A stretch of 64,000 bases of DNA from Auanema rhodensis (GCA_964057225.1 OZ059900.1:16058001-16122000), one strand, 5' to 3'; positions 44,401-57,455 are shown, counted from the first letter of the stretch. The notes: generated by a model not told the origin, from the sequence alone. Translations and numbers: made by a program.

Positions 44401-45049
44401 ATTGACATTGCATGAGTTTGAACACATGAAATCGTAAGTCAAAACCTTGTTTACAGCGAAATTTCCAAAAACTGGTTTTCCAGCATAATAAAATATTTCT
44501 CATGGGAAATACTGTGTTTTTGTATTTTTCTAGTGTTCAGCATGTAAAATGCTTCATTTTAGTATGTAACACGCTGAAATTCGTTGCATTTGACGACTCA
44601 TATGAACAAAAATCGATTTAATCAATATTAGCCATAAGGGGCGTGCCCTCAGAATATGCTAATTTCCTTAATTTTCTAACCCCTGTTTTTTTGTCGTGAA
44701 AGTGGAACTAGACGTTGTACAAACAATTTTGAGCTAGGTTTCATTGACATTGCATGAGTTTGAACACATGAAATCGTAAGTCAAAACCTTGTTTACAGCG
44801 AAATTTCCAAAAACTGGTTTTCCAGCATAATAAAATATTTCTCATGGGAAATACTGTGTTTTTGTATTTTTCTAGTGTTCAGCATGTAAAATGCTTCATT
44901 TTAGTTTGCAACACGCTGAAATTCGTTGCATTTGACGACTCATATGAACAAAAATCGATTTAATCAATATTAGCCATAAGGGGCGTGCCCTCAGAATATG
45001 CTAATTTCCTTAATTTTCTAACCCTTGTTTTTTTGTCGTGAAAGTGGAA
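20439..45049. repeat. Tandem duplication of a 36-monomer (12,312-bp) block in array A
   Basis: Private SNPs recur at exactly +12312: 24548/36860 (GAACATTT), 27581/39893 (AACACCTG), 32041/44353 (GTATTG), 32597/44909 (TTGCAAC) and 32713/45025. I saw no discordant marker between the copies by eye. Confidence 0.93.
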
Positions 45050-46127
45050 CTAGACGTTGTACAAACAATTTTGAGCTAGGTTTCATTGACATTGCATGAG
45101 TTTGAACACATGAAATCGTAAGTCAAAACCTTGTTTACAGCGAAATTTCCAAAAACTGGTTTTCCAGCATGATAAAATATTTCTCATGGGAAATACTGTG
45201 TTTTTGTATTTTTCTAGTGTTCAGCATGTAAAATGCTTCATTTTAGTATATAACACGCTGAAATTCGTTGCATTTGACGACTCATATGAACAAAAATCGA
45301 TTTAATCAATATTAGCCATAAGGGGCGTGCCCTCAGAATATGCTAATTTCCTTAATTTTCTAACCCCTGTTTTTTTGTCGTGAAAGTGGAACTAGACGTT
45401 GTACGAACAATTTTGAGCTAGGTTTCATTGACATTGCATGAATTTGAACACATGAAATCGTAAGTCAAAACCTTGTTTACAGCGAAATTTCCAAAAACTG
45501 GTTTTCCAGCATAATAAAATAATTCTCATGGGAAATACTGTGTTTTTGTATTTTTCTAGTGTTCAGCATGTAAAATGCTTCATTTTAGTATGTAACACGC
45601 TGAAATTCGTTGCATTTGACGACTCATATGAACAAAAATCGATTTAATCAATATTAGCCATAAGGGGCGTGCCCTCAGAATATGCTAATTTCCTTAATTT
45701 TCTAACCCTTGTTTTTTTGTCGTGAAAGTGGAACTAGACGTTGTACGAACAATTTTGAGCTAGGTTTCATTGACATTGCATGAGTTTGAACACATGAAAT
45801 CGTAAGTCAAAACCTTGTTTACAGCGAAATTTCGAAAAACTGGTTTTCCAGCATAATAAAATATTTCTCATGGGAAATACTGTGTTTTTGTATTCTTCTA
45901 GTGTTCAGCATGTGAAATGCTTCATTTTAGTGTGTAACACGCTGAAATTCGTTGCATTTGACGACTCATATGAACAAAAATCGATTTAATCAATATTAGC
46001 CATAAGGGGCGTGCCCTCAGAATATGCTAATTTCCTTAATTTTCTAACCCCTGTTTTTTTGTCGTGAAAGTGGAACTAGACGTTGTACGAACAATTTTGA
46101 GCTAGGTTTCATTGACATTGCATGAGT

Positions 46128-46139
46128 ATGAAAAATGAG
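46128..46139. other. 12-bp linker ATGAAAAATGAG at the direct junction between arrays A and B
   Basis: Array A consensus matches up to ...TTGCATGAGT (46127). Array B consensus AAAAACAGAAACGAAACT starts at 46140. No other intervening sequence is present. Confidence 0.9.
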
Positions 46140-47897
46140 AAAAACAGAAACGAAACTATTATTGCTATTATATATTACACAAGCAGTCCGTGTTCATGAA
46201 GCTTGATATAATTGAGTAAACTAAGTCGTATTGTAATAAAGCTGTCATTCAAATGTTTGCGTATTGCGTACTGCCTGTTTCCAATTATATTATCAGTGCA
46301 GGCTCTGAAAGTTTTTCATTATCAAGGAATCGCGTTCTAAATATTATAACTCGCGTACTGGAAAGTTAATTAAAAAAAGAAACGAAACTATCCTTGCTAT
46401 CATCTATTGCACAAACAGTCCGTGTTCATGAAGCTTGATATGATTGAGTAAACTAAGTCGTATTGTAATAAAGCTGTCATTCAAATGTTTGCGTATTGCG
46501 TACTGCCTGTTTCCAATTATATTATCAGTGCAGGCTCTGAAAGTTTTTCATTATCAAGGAATCGCGTTCTAAATATTATAACTCGCGTACTGGAAAGTTA
46601 ATTAAAAAAAGAAACGAAACTATCCTTGCTATCATCTATTGCACAAGCAGTCCGTGTTCATGAAGCTTGATATAATTGAGTAAACTAAGTCGTATTGTAA
46701 TAAAGCTGTCATTCAAATGTTTGCGTATTGCGTACTGCCTGTTTCCAATTATATTATCAGTGCAGGCTCTGAAAGTTTTTCATTATCAAGGAATCGCGTT
46801 CTAAATATTATAACTCGCGTACTGGAAAGTTAATTAAAAAAAGAAACGAAACTATCCTTGCTATCATCTATTGCACAAACAGTCCGTGTTCATGAAGCTT
46901 GATATGATTGAGTAAACTAAGTCGTATTGTAATAAAGCTGTCATTCAAATGTTTGCGTATTGCCTGTTGCCAGTTATATTATCAGTGCAGGCTCTAAACA
47001 TTTTTCATTATGAAGCAATCGCGTTCTAAATATGATAACTCGCGTACTGGAAAGTTAATTAAAAAAAGAAACGAAACTATCATTGCTATCATCTATTACA
47101 CAAGCAGTCCCTGTTCATGAAGCTTGATATGATTGAGTAAGCTAAGTCGTATTGTATTAAAGCTGTCATTCAAATATTTGCGTATCGCGTACTGCCTGTT
47201 TCCAGTTATATTATCAGTGCAGGCTCTAAAAATTTTTCATAATCAAGGAATCACGTTCTAAATATTATAACTCGCGTACAGGAAAGTTAATTAAAAACAG
47301 AAACGAAACTATTATTGCTATTATCTATTACACAAACAGTCCGTGTTCATGAAGATTGGTATGATTGAGTAAACTAAGTCGTATTGTAATAAAGCTGTCA
47401 TTCAAATGTTTGCGTATTGCCTGTTGCCAGTTATATTATCAGTGCAGGCTCTAAACATTTTTCATTATGAAGCAATCGCGTTCTAAATATGATAACTCGC
47501 GTACTGGAAAGTTAATTAAAAAAAGAAACGAAACTATCATTGCTATCATCTATTACACAAACAGTCCCTGTTCATGAAGCTTGATATGATTGAGTAAGCT
47601 AAGTCGTATTGTATTAAAGCTGTCATTCAAATATTTGCGTATCGCGTACTGCCTGTTTCCAGTTATATTATCAGTGCAGGCTCTAAAAATTTTTCATAAT
47701 CAAGGAATCACGTTCTAAATATTATAACTCGCGTACAGGAAAGTTAATTAAAAACAGAAACGAAACTATTATTGCTATTATATATTACACAAGCAGTCCG
47801 TGTTCATGAAGCTTGATATAATTAAGTAAACTAAGTCGTATTGTAATAAAGCTGTCATTCAAATGTTTGCGTATTGCGTACTGCCTGTTTCCAATTT

Positions 47898-50800
47898 TAT
47901 TATCAGTGCAGGCTCTGAAAGTTTTTCATAATCAAGGAATCACGTTCTAAATATTATAACTCGCGTACAGGAAAGTTAATTAAAAACAGAAACGAAACTA
48001 TTATTGCTATTATCTATTACACAAACAGTCCGTGTTCATGAAGATTGGTATGATTGAGTAAACTAAGTCGTATTGTAATAAAGCTGTCATTCAAATGTTT
48101 GCGTATTGCCTGTTGCCAGTTATATTATCAGTGCAGGCTCTAAACATTTTTCATTATGAAGCAATCGCGTTCTAAATATGATAACTCGCGTACTGGAAAG
48201 TTAATTAAAAAAAGAAACAAAACTATCATTGCTATCATCTATTACACAAACAGTCCCTGTTCATGAAGCTTGATATGATTGAGTAAGCTAAGTCGTATTG
48301 TATTAAAGCTGTCATTCAAATGTTTGCGTATTGCGTACTGCCTGTTTCCAATTATATTATCAGTGCAGGCTCTGAAAGTTTTTCATAATCAAGGAATCAC
48401 GTTCTAAATATTATAACTCGCGTACAGGAAAGTTAATTAAAAACAGAAACGAAACTATTATTGCTATTATATATTACACAAGCAGTCCGTGTTCATGAAG
48501 CTTGATATAATTGAGTAAACTAAGTCGTATTGTAATAAAGCTGTCATTCAAATATTTGCGTATCGCGTACTGCCTGTTTCCAGTTATATTATCAGTGCAG
48601 GCTCTAAAAATTTTTCATAATCAAGGAATCACGTTCTAAATATTATAACTCGCGTACAGGAAAGTTAATTAAAACCAGAAACGAAACTATTATTGCTATT
48701 ATCTATTACACAAACAGTCCGTGTTCATGAAGATTGGTATGATTGAGTAAACTAAGTCGTATTGTAATAAAGCTGTCATTCAAATGTTTGCGTATTGCGT
48801 ACTGCCTGTTTCCAATTATATTATCAGTGCAGGCTCTGAAAGTTTTTCATTATCAAGGAATCGCGTTCTAAATATTATAACTCGCGTACTGGAAAGTTAA
48901 TTAAAAAAAGAAACGAAACTATCCTTGCTATCATCTATTGCACAAACAGTCCGTGTTCATGAAGCTTGATATGATTGAGTAAACTAAGTCGTATTGTAAT
49001 AAAGCTGTCATTCAAATGTTTGCGTATTGCGTACTGCCTGTTTCCAATTATATTATCAGTGCAGGCTCTGAAAGTTTTTCATTATCAAGGAATCGCGTTC
49101 TAAATATTATAACTCGCGTACTGGAAAGTTAATTAAAAAAAGAAACGAAACTATCCTTGCTATCATCTATTACACAAGCAGTCCGTGTTCATGAAGCTTG
49201 ATATAATTGAGTAAACTAAGTCGTATTGTAATAAAGCTGTCATTCAAATGTTTTAGTATTGCCTGTTTCCAGTTATATTATCAGTGCAGGCTCTAAAAAT
49301 TTTTCATTATGAAGGAATCACGTTCTAAATATAATAACTCGCGTACTGGAAAGTTAATTGAAAAAAGAAACGAAATTATCATTGCTATCATCTATTACAC
49401 AAACAGTCCGTGTTCATGAAGATTGGTATGATTGAGTAAACTAAGTCCTATTGTAATAAAGCTGTCATTGAAATGTTTTAGTATTGCCTGTTTCCAGTTA
49501 TATTATCAGTGCAGGCTCTAAACATTTTTCATTATGAAGCAATCGCGTTCTAAATATGATAACTCGCGTACTGGAAAGTTAATTAAAAAAAGAAACAAAA
49601 CTATCATTGCTATCATCTATTACACAAACAGTCCCTGTTCATGAAGCTTGATATGATTGAGTAAGCTAAGTCGTATTGTAATAAAGCTGTCATTCAAATA
49701 TTTGCGTATCGCGTACTGCCTGTTTCCAGTTATATTATCAGTGCAGGCTCTAAAAATTTTTCATAATCAAGGAATCACGTTCTAAATATTATAACTCGCG
49801 TACAGGAAAGTTAATTAAAAACAGAAACGAAACTATTATTGCTATTATCTATTACACAAACAGTCCGTGTTCATGAAGCTTGATATGATTGAGTAAACTA
49901 AGTCGTATTGTAATAAAGCTGTCATTCAAATGTTTGCGTATTGCCTGTTGCCAGTTATATTATCAGTGCAGGCTCTAAACATTTTTCATTATGAAGCAAT
50001 CGCGTTCTAAATATGATAACTCGCGTACTGGAAAGTTAATTAAAAAAAGAAACGAAACTATCATTGCTATCATCTATTACACAAGCAGTCCCTGTTCATG
50101 AAGCTTGATATGATTGAGTAAGCTAAGTCGTATTGTATTAAAGCTGTCATTCAAATATTTGCGTATTGCGTACTGCCTGTTTCCAGTTATATTATCAGTG
50201 CAGGCTCTGAAAGTTTTTCATAATCAAGGAATCACGTTCTAAATATTATAACTCGCGTACAGGAAAGTTAATTAAAAACAGAAACGAAACTATTATTGCT
50301 ATTATCTATTACACAAACAGTCCGTGTTCATGAAGATTGGTATGATTGAGTAAACTAAGTCGTATTGTAATAAAGCTGTCATTCAAATGTTTGCGTATTG
50401 CCTGTTGCCAGTTATATTATCAGTGCAGGCTCTAAACATTTTTCATTATGAAGCAATCGCGTTCTAAATATGATAACTCGCGTACTGGAAAGTTAATTAA
50501 AAAAAGAAACAAAACTATCATTGCTATCATCTATTACACAAACAGTCCCTGTTCATGAAGCTTGATATGATTGAGTAAGCTAAGTCGTATTGTATTAAAG
50601 CTGTCATTCAAATGTTTGCGTATTGCGTACTGCCTGTTTCCAATTATATTATCAGTGCAGGCTCTGAAAGTTTTTCATAATCAAGGAATCACGTTCTAAA
50701 TATTATAACTCGCGTACAGGAAAGTTAATTAAAAACAGAAACGAAACTATTATTGCTATTATATATTACACAAGCAGTCCGTGTTCATGAAGCTTGATAT

Positions 50801-52513
50801 AATTGAGTAAACTAAGTCGTATTGTAATAAAGCTGTCATTCAAATATTTGCGTATCGCGTACTGCCTGTTTCCAGTTATATTATCAGTGCAGGCTCTAAA
50901 AATTTTTCATAATCAAGGAATCACGTTCTAAATATTATAACTCGCGTACAGGAAAGTTAATTAAAACCAGAAACGAAACTATTATTGCTATTATCTATTA
51001 CACAAACAGTCCGTGTTCATGAAGATTGGTATGATTGAGTAAACTAAGTCGTATTGTAATAAAGCTGTCATTCAAATGTTTGCGTATTGCGTACTGCCTG
51101 TTTCCAATTATATTATCAGTGCAGGCTCTGAAAGTTTTTCATTATCAAGGAATCGCGTTCTAAATATTATAACTCGCGTACTGGAAAGTTAATTAAAAAA
51201 AGAAACGAAACTATCCTTGCTATCATCTATTGCACAAACAGTCCGTGTTCATGAAGCTTGATATGATTGAGTAAACTAAGTCGTATTGTAATAAAGCTGT
51301 CATTCAAATGTTTGCGTATTGCGTACTGCCTGTTTCCAATTATATTATCAGTGCAGGCTCTGAAAGTTTTTCATTATCAAGGAATCGCGTTCTAAATATT
51401 ATAACTCGCGTACTGGAAAGTTAATTAAAAAAAGAAACGAAACTATCCTTGCTATCATCTATTACACAAGCAGTCCGTGTTCATGAAGCTTGATATAATT
51501 GAGTAAACTAAGTCGTATTGTAATAAAGCTGTCATTCAAATGTTTTAGTATTGCCTGTTTCCAGTTATATTATCAGTGCAGGCTCTAAAAATTTTTCATT
51601 ATGAAGGAATCACGTTCTAAATATAATAACTCGCGTACTGGAAAGTTAATTGAAAAAAGAAACGAAATTATCATTGCTATCATCTATTACACAAACAGTC
51701 CGTGTTCATGAAGATTGGTATGATTGAGTAAACTAAGTCCTATTGTAATAAAGCTGTCATTGAAATGTTTTAGTATTGCCTGTTTCCAGTTATATTATCA
51801 GTGCAGGCTCTAAACATTTTTCATTATGAAGCAATCGCGTTCTAAATATGATAACTCGCGTACTGGAAAGTTAATTAAAAAAAGAAACAAAACTATCATT
51901 GCTATCATCTATTACACAAACAGTCCCTGTTCATGAAGCTTGATATGATTGAGTAAGCTAAGTCGTATTGTAATAAAGCTGTCATTCAAATATTTGCGTA
52001 TCGCGTACTGCCTGTTTCCAGTTATATTATCAGTGCAGGCTCTAAAAATTTTTCATAATCAAGGAATCACGTTCTAAATATTATAACTCGCGTACAGGAA
52101 AGTTAATTAAAAACAGAAACGAAACTATTATTGCTATTATCTATTACACAAACAGTCCGTGTTCATGAAGCTTGATATGATTGAGTAAACTAAGTCGTAT
52201 TGTAATAAAGCTGTCATTCAAATGTTTGCGTATTGCCTGTTGCCAGTTATATTATCAGTGCAGGCTCTAAACATTTTTCATTATGAAGCAATCGCGTTCT
52301 AAATATGATAACTCGCGTACTGGAAAGTTAATTAAAAAAAGAAACGAAACTATCATTGCTATCATCTATTACACAAGCAGTCCCTGTTCATGAAGCTTGA
52401 TATGATTGAGTAAGCTAAGTCGTATTGTATTAAAGCTGTCATTCAAATATTTGCGTATTGCGTACTGCCTGTTTCCAGTTATATTATCAGTGCAGGCTCT
52501 GAAAGTTTTTCAT
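47898..52513. repeat. Tandem duplication of a 10-monomer (2292-bp = 6x232 + 4x225) block in array B
   Basis: Private markers recur at +2292: AAAACCAG 48675/50967, AATTGAAAA 49360/51652, and the AAGTCCTA/CATTGAAA monomer at ~49440/51732. Confidence 0.9.
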
Positions 52514-53119
52514 TATCAAGGAATCGCGTTCTTAATATTATAACTCGCGTACTGGAAAGTTAATTAAAAAAAGAAACGAAACTATCCTTGCTATCATCTA
52601 TTGCACAAGCAGTCCGTGTTCATGAAGCTTGATATAATTGAGTAAACTAAGTCGTATTGTAATAAAGCTGTCATTCAAATGTTTTAGTATTGCCTGTTTC
52701 CAGTTATATTATCAGTGCAGGCTCTAAAAATTTTTCATTATGAAGGAATCGCGTTCTAAATATTATAACTCGCGTACTGGAAAGTTAATTAAAAAAAGAA
52801 ACAAAACTATCATTGCTATCATCTATTGCACAAGCAGTCCGTGTTCATGAAGCTTGATATAATTGAGTAAACTAAGTCGTATTGTAATAAAGCTGTCATT
52901 CAAATGTTTGCGTATTGCCTGTTGCCAGTTATATTATCAGTGCAGGCTCTAAACATTTTTCATTATGAAGCAATCGCGTTCTAAATATGATAACTCGCGT
53001 ACTGGAAAGTTAATTAAAAAAAGAAACAAAACTATCATTGCTATCATCTATTACACAAACAGTCCCTGTTCATGAAGCTTGATATGATTGAGTAAGCTAA
53101 GTCGTATTGTAATAAAGCT

Positions 53120-55000
53120 GTCATTCAAATATTTGCGTATCGCGTACTGCCTGTTTCCAGTTATATTATCAGTGCAGGCACTAAAAATTTTTCATAATCA
53201 AGGAATCACGTTCTAAATATTATAACTCGCGTACAGGAAAGTTAATTAAAAACAGAAACGAAACTATTATTGCTATTATCTATTACACAAACAGTCCGTG
53301 TTCATGAAGATTGTTATGATTGAGTAAACTAAGTCGTATTGTAATAAAGCTGTCATTCAAATGTTTGCGTATTGCGTACTGCCTGTTTCCAATTATATTA
53401 TCAGTGCAGGCTCTGAAAGTTTTTCATTATCAAGGAATCGCGTTCTAAATATTATAACTCGCGTACTGGAAAGTTAATTAAAAAAAGAAACGAAACTATC
53501 CTTGCTATCATCTATTGCACAAGCAGTCCGTGTTCATGAAGCTTGATATAATTGAGTAAACTAAGTCGTATTGTAATAAAGCTGTCATTCAAATGTTTGC
53601 GTATTGCGTACTGCCTGTTTCCAATTATATTATCAGTGCAGGCTCTGAAAGTTTTTCATTATCAAGGAATCGCGTTCTAAATATTATAACTCGCGTACTG
53701 GAAAGTTAATTAAAAAAAGAAACGAAACTATCCTTGCTATCATCTATTGCACAAACAGTCCGTGTTCATGAAGCTTGATATTATTGAGTAAACTAAGTCG
53801 TATTGTAATAAAGCTGTCATTCAAATGTTTGCGTATTGCCTGTTGCCAGTTATATTATCAGTGCAGGCTCTAAACATTTTTCATTATGAAGCAATCGCGT
53901 TCTAAATATGATAACTCGCGTACTGGAAAGTTAATTAAAAAAAGAAACGAAACTATCATTGCTATCATCTATTACACAAGCAGTCCCTGTTCATGAAGCT
54001 TGATATGATTGAGTAAGCTAAGTCGTATTGTATTAAAGCTGTCATTCAAATATTTGCGTATCGCGTACTGCCTGTTTCCAGTTATATTATCAGTGCAGGC
54101 ACTAAAAATTTTTCATAATCAAGGAATCACGTTCTAAATATTATAACTCGCGTACAGGAAAGTTAATTAAAAACAGAAACGAAACTATTATTGCTATTAT
54201 CTATTACACAAACAGTCCGTGTTCATGAAGATTGTTATGATTGAGTAAACTAAGTCGTATTGTAATAAAGCTGTCATTCAAATGTTTGCGTATTGCGTAC
54301 TGCCTGTTTCCAATTATATTATCAGTGCAGGCTCTGAAAGTTTTTCATTATCAAGGAATCGCGTTCTAAATATTATAACTCGCGTACTGGAAAGTTAATT
54401 AAAAAAAGAAACGAAACTATCCTTGCTATCATCTATTGCACAAGCAGTCCGTGTTCATGAAGCTTGATATAATTGAGTAAACTAAGTCGTATTGTAATAA
54501 AGCTGTCATTCAAATGTTTGCGTATTGCGTACTGCCTGTTTCCAATTATATTATCAGTGCAGGCTCTGAAAGTTTTTCATTATCAAGGAATCGCGTTCTA
54601 AATATTATAACTCGCGTACTGGAAAGTTAATTAAAAAAAGAAACGAAACTATCCTTGCTATCATCTATTGCACAAACAGTCCGTGTTCATGAAGCTTGAT
54701 ATTATTGAGTAAACTAAGTCGTATTGTAATAAAGCTGTCATTCAAATGTTTGCGTATTGCCTGTTGCCAGTTATATTATCAGTGCAGGCTCTAAACATTT
54801 TTCATTATGAAGCAATCGCGTTCTAAATATGATAACTCGCGTACTGGAAAGTTAATTAAAAAAAGAAACGAAACTATCATTGCTATCATCTATTACACAA
54901 GCAGTCCCTGTTCATGAAGCTTGATATGATTGAGTAAGCTAAGTCGTATTGTATTAAAGCTGTCATTCAAATATTTGCGTATCGCGTACTGCCTGTTTCC
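53120..55000. repeat. 4-monomer (921-bp) tandem duplication in array B (approximate ends)
   Basis: GGCACT 53180/54101, GATTGTTATG 53314/54235 and GATATTATTG 53782/54703 are all offset by 921 (3x232 + 225). Confidence 0.85.
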
Positions 55001-57455
55001 AATTATATTATCAGTGCAGGCTCTGAAAGTTTTTCATTATCAAGGAATCGCGTTCTAAATATTATAACTCGCGTACTGGAAAGTTAATTAAAAAAAGAAA
55101 CGAAACTATCCTTGCTATCATCTATTGCACAAACAGTCCGTGTTCATGAAGCTTGATATTATTGAGTAAACTAAGTCGTATTGTAATAAAGCTGTCATTC
55201 AAATGTTTGCGTATTGCCTGTTGCCAGTTATATTATCAGTGCAGGCTCTAAACATTTTTCATTATGAAGCAATCGCGTTCTAAATATGATAACTCGCGTA
55301 CTGGAAAGTTAATTAAAAAAAGAAACGAAACTATCATTGCTATCATCTATTACACAAGCAGTCCCTGTTCATGAAGCTTGATATGATTGAGTAAGCTAAG
55401 TCGTATTGTATTAAAGCTGTCATTCAAATATTTGCGTATCGCGTACTGCCTGTTTCCAGTTATATTATCAGTGCAGGCTCTAAAAATTTTTCATAATCAA
55501 GGAATCACGTTCTAAATATTATAACTCGCGTACAGGAAAGTTAATTAAAAACAGAAACGAAACTATTATTGCTATTATCTATTACACAAACAGTCCGTGT
55601 TCATGAAGATTGGTATGATTGAGTAAACTAAGTCGTATTGTAATAAAACTGTCATTCAAATGTTTGCGTATTGCCTGTTGCCAGTTATATTATCAGTGCA
55701 GGCTCTAAACATTTTTCATTATGAAGCAATCGCGTTCTAAATATGATAACTCGCGTACTGGAAAGTTAATTAAAAAAAGAAACGAAACTATCATTGCTAT
55801 CATCTATTACACAAACAGTCCCTGTTCATGAAGCTTGATATGATTGAGTAAGCTAAGTCGTATTGTATTAAAGCTGTCATTCAAATATTTGCGTATCGCG
55901 TACTGCCTGTTTCCAGTTATATTATCAGTGCAGGCTCTAAAAATTTTTTCATAATCAAGGAATCACGTTCTAAATATTATAACTCGCGTACAGGAAAGTT
56001 AATTAAAAACAGAAACGAAACTATTATTGCTATTATCTATTACACAAACAGTCCGTGTTCATGAAGATTGGTATGATTGAGTAAACTAAGTCGTATTGTA
56101 ATAAAGCTGTCATTCAAATGTTTGCGTATTGCCTGTTGCCAGTTATATTATCAGTGCAGGCTCTAAACATTTTTCATTATGAAGCAATCGCGTTCTAAAT
56201 ATGATAACTCGCGTACTGGAAAGTTAATTAAAAAAAGAAACGAAACTATCATTGCTATCATCTATTACACAAACAGTCCCTGTTCATGAAGCTTGATATG
56301 ATTGAGTAAGCTAAGTCGTATTGTACTAAAGCTGTCATTCAAATATTTGCGTATCGCGTACTGCCTGTTTCCAGTTATATTATCAGTGCAGGCTCTAAAA
56401 ATTTTTTCATAATCAAGGAATCACGTTCTAAATATTATAACTCGCGTACAGGAAAGTTAATTAAAAACAGAAACGAAACTATTATTGCTATTATCTATTA
56501 CACAAACAGTCCGTGTTCATGAAGATTGGTATGATTGAGTAAACTAAGTCGTATTGTAATAAAGCTGTCATTCAAATGTTTGCGTATTGCGTACTGCCTG
56601 TTTCCAATTATATTATCAGTGCAGGCTCTGAAAGTTTTTCATAATCAAGGAATCACGTTCTAAATATTATAACTCGCGTACAGGAAAGTTAATTAAAAAC
56701 AGAAACGAAACTATTATTGCTATTATATATTACACAAGCAGTCCGTGTTCATGAAGCTTGATATAATTGAGTAAACTAAGTCGTATTGTAATAAAGCTGT
56801 CATTCAAATGTTTGCGTATTGCGTACTGCCTGTTTCCAATTATATTATCAGTGCAGGCTCTGAAAGTTTTTCATAATTAAGGAATCACGTTCTAAATATT
56901 ATAACTCGCGTACAGGAAAGTTAATTAAAAACAGAAACGAAACTATTATTGCTATTATATATTACACAAGCAGTCCGTGTTCATGAAGCTTGATATAATT
57001 GAGTAAACTAAGTCGTATTGTAATAAAGCTGTCATTCAAATATTTGCGTATCGCGTACTGCCTGTTTCCAGTTATATTATCAGTGCAGGCTCTAAAAATT
57101 TTTCATAATCAAGGAATCACGTTCTAAATATTATAACTCGCGTACAGGAAAGTTAATTAAAAACAGAAACGAAACTATTATTGCTATTATCTATTACACA
57201 AACAGTCCGTGTTCATGAAGATTGGTATGATTGAGTAAACTAAGTCGTATTGTAATAAAGCTGTCATTCAAATGTTTGCGTATTGCCTGTTGCCAGTTAT
57301 ATTATCAGTGCAGGCTCTAAACATTTTTCATTATGAAGCAATCGCGTTCTAAATATGATAACTCGCGTACTGGAAAGTTAATTAAAAAAAGAAACAAAAC
57401 TATCATTGCTATCATCTATTACACAAACAGTCCCTGTTCATGAAGCTTGATATAA

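Larger units (their letters stand above)
1..46127. repeat. Satellite array A: ~135 tandem copies of a 342-bp AT-rich monomer (continues left of the window)
   Basis: GCGAAATTTCCAAAAACTGG...ACCTTGTTTACA recurs at 1, 343, 685, 1027 and so on (period 342). Five monomers carry 1-bp deletions (starts 7867, 8208, 9575, 10600, 11967). The last monomer starts at 45824 and stops matching consensus after monomer position 304. Copies differ from consensus by only a few substitutions. Confidence 0.99.

Noticed and set aside
1-46127. Assigning a named satellite family, species, rDNA spacer or 5S/tRNA array
   Set aside because: I do not recognise the sequence with confidence and see no 5S or tRNA structure. 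Monomer length alone is not diagnostic, so a BLASTN/Dfam search is needed.
45824-46443. Common ancestry of satellites A and B (shared ACTGG, TTTCCAG, TAAGTC words)
   Set aside because: Only short words are shared, with no collinear alignment visible. This is compatible with chance in AT-rich DNA.
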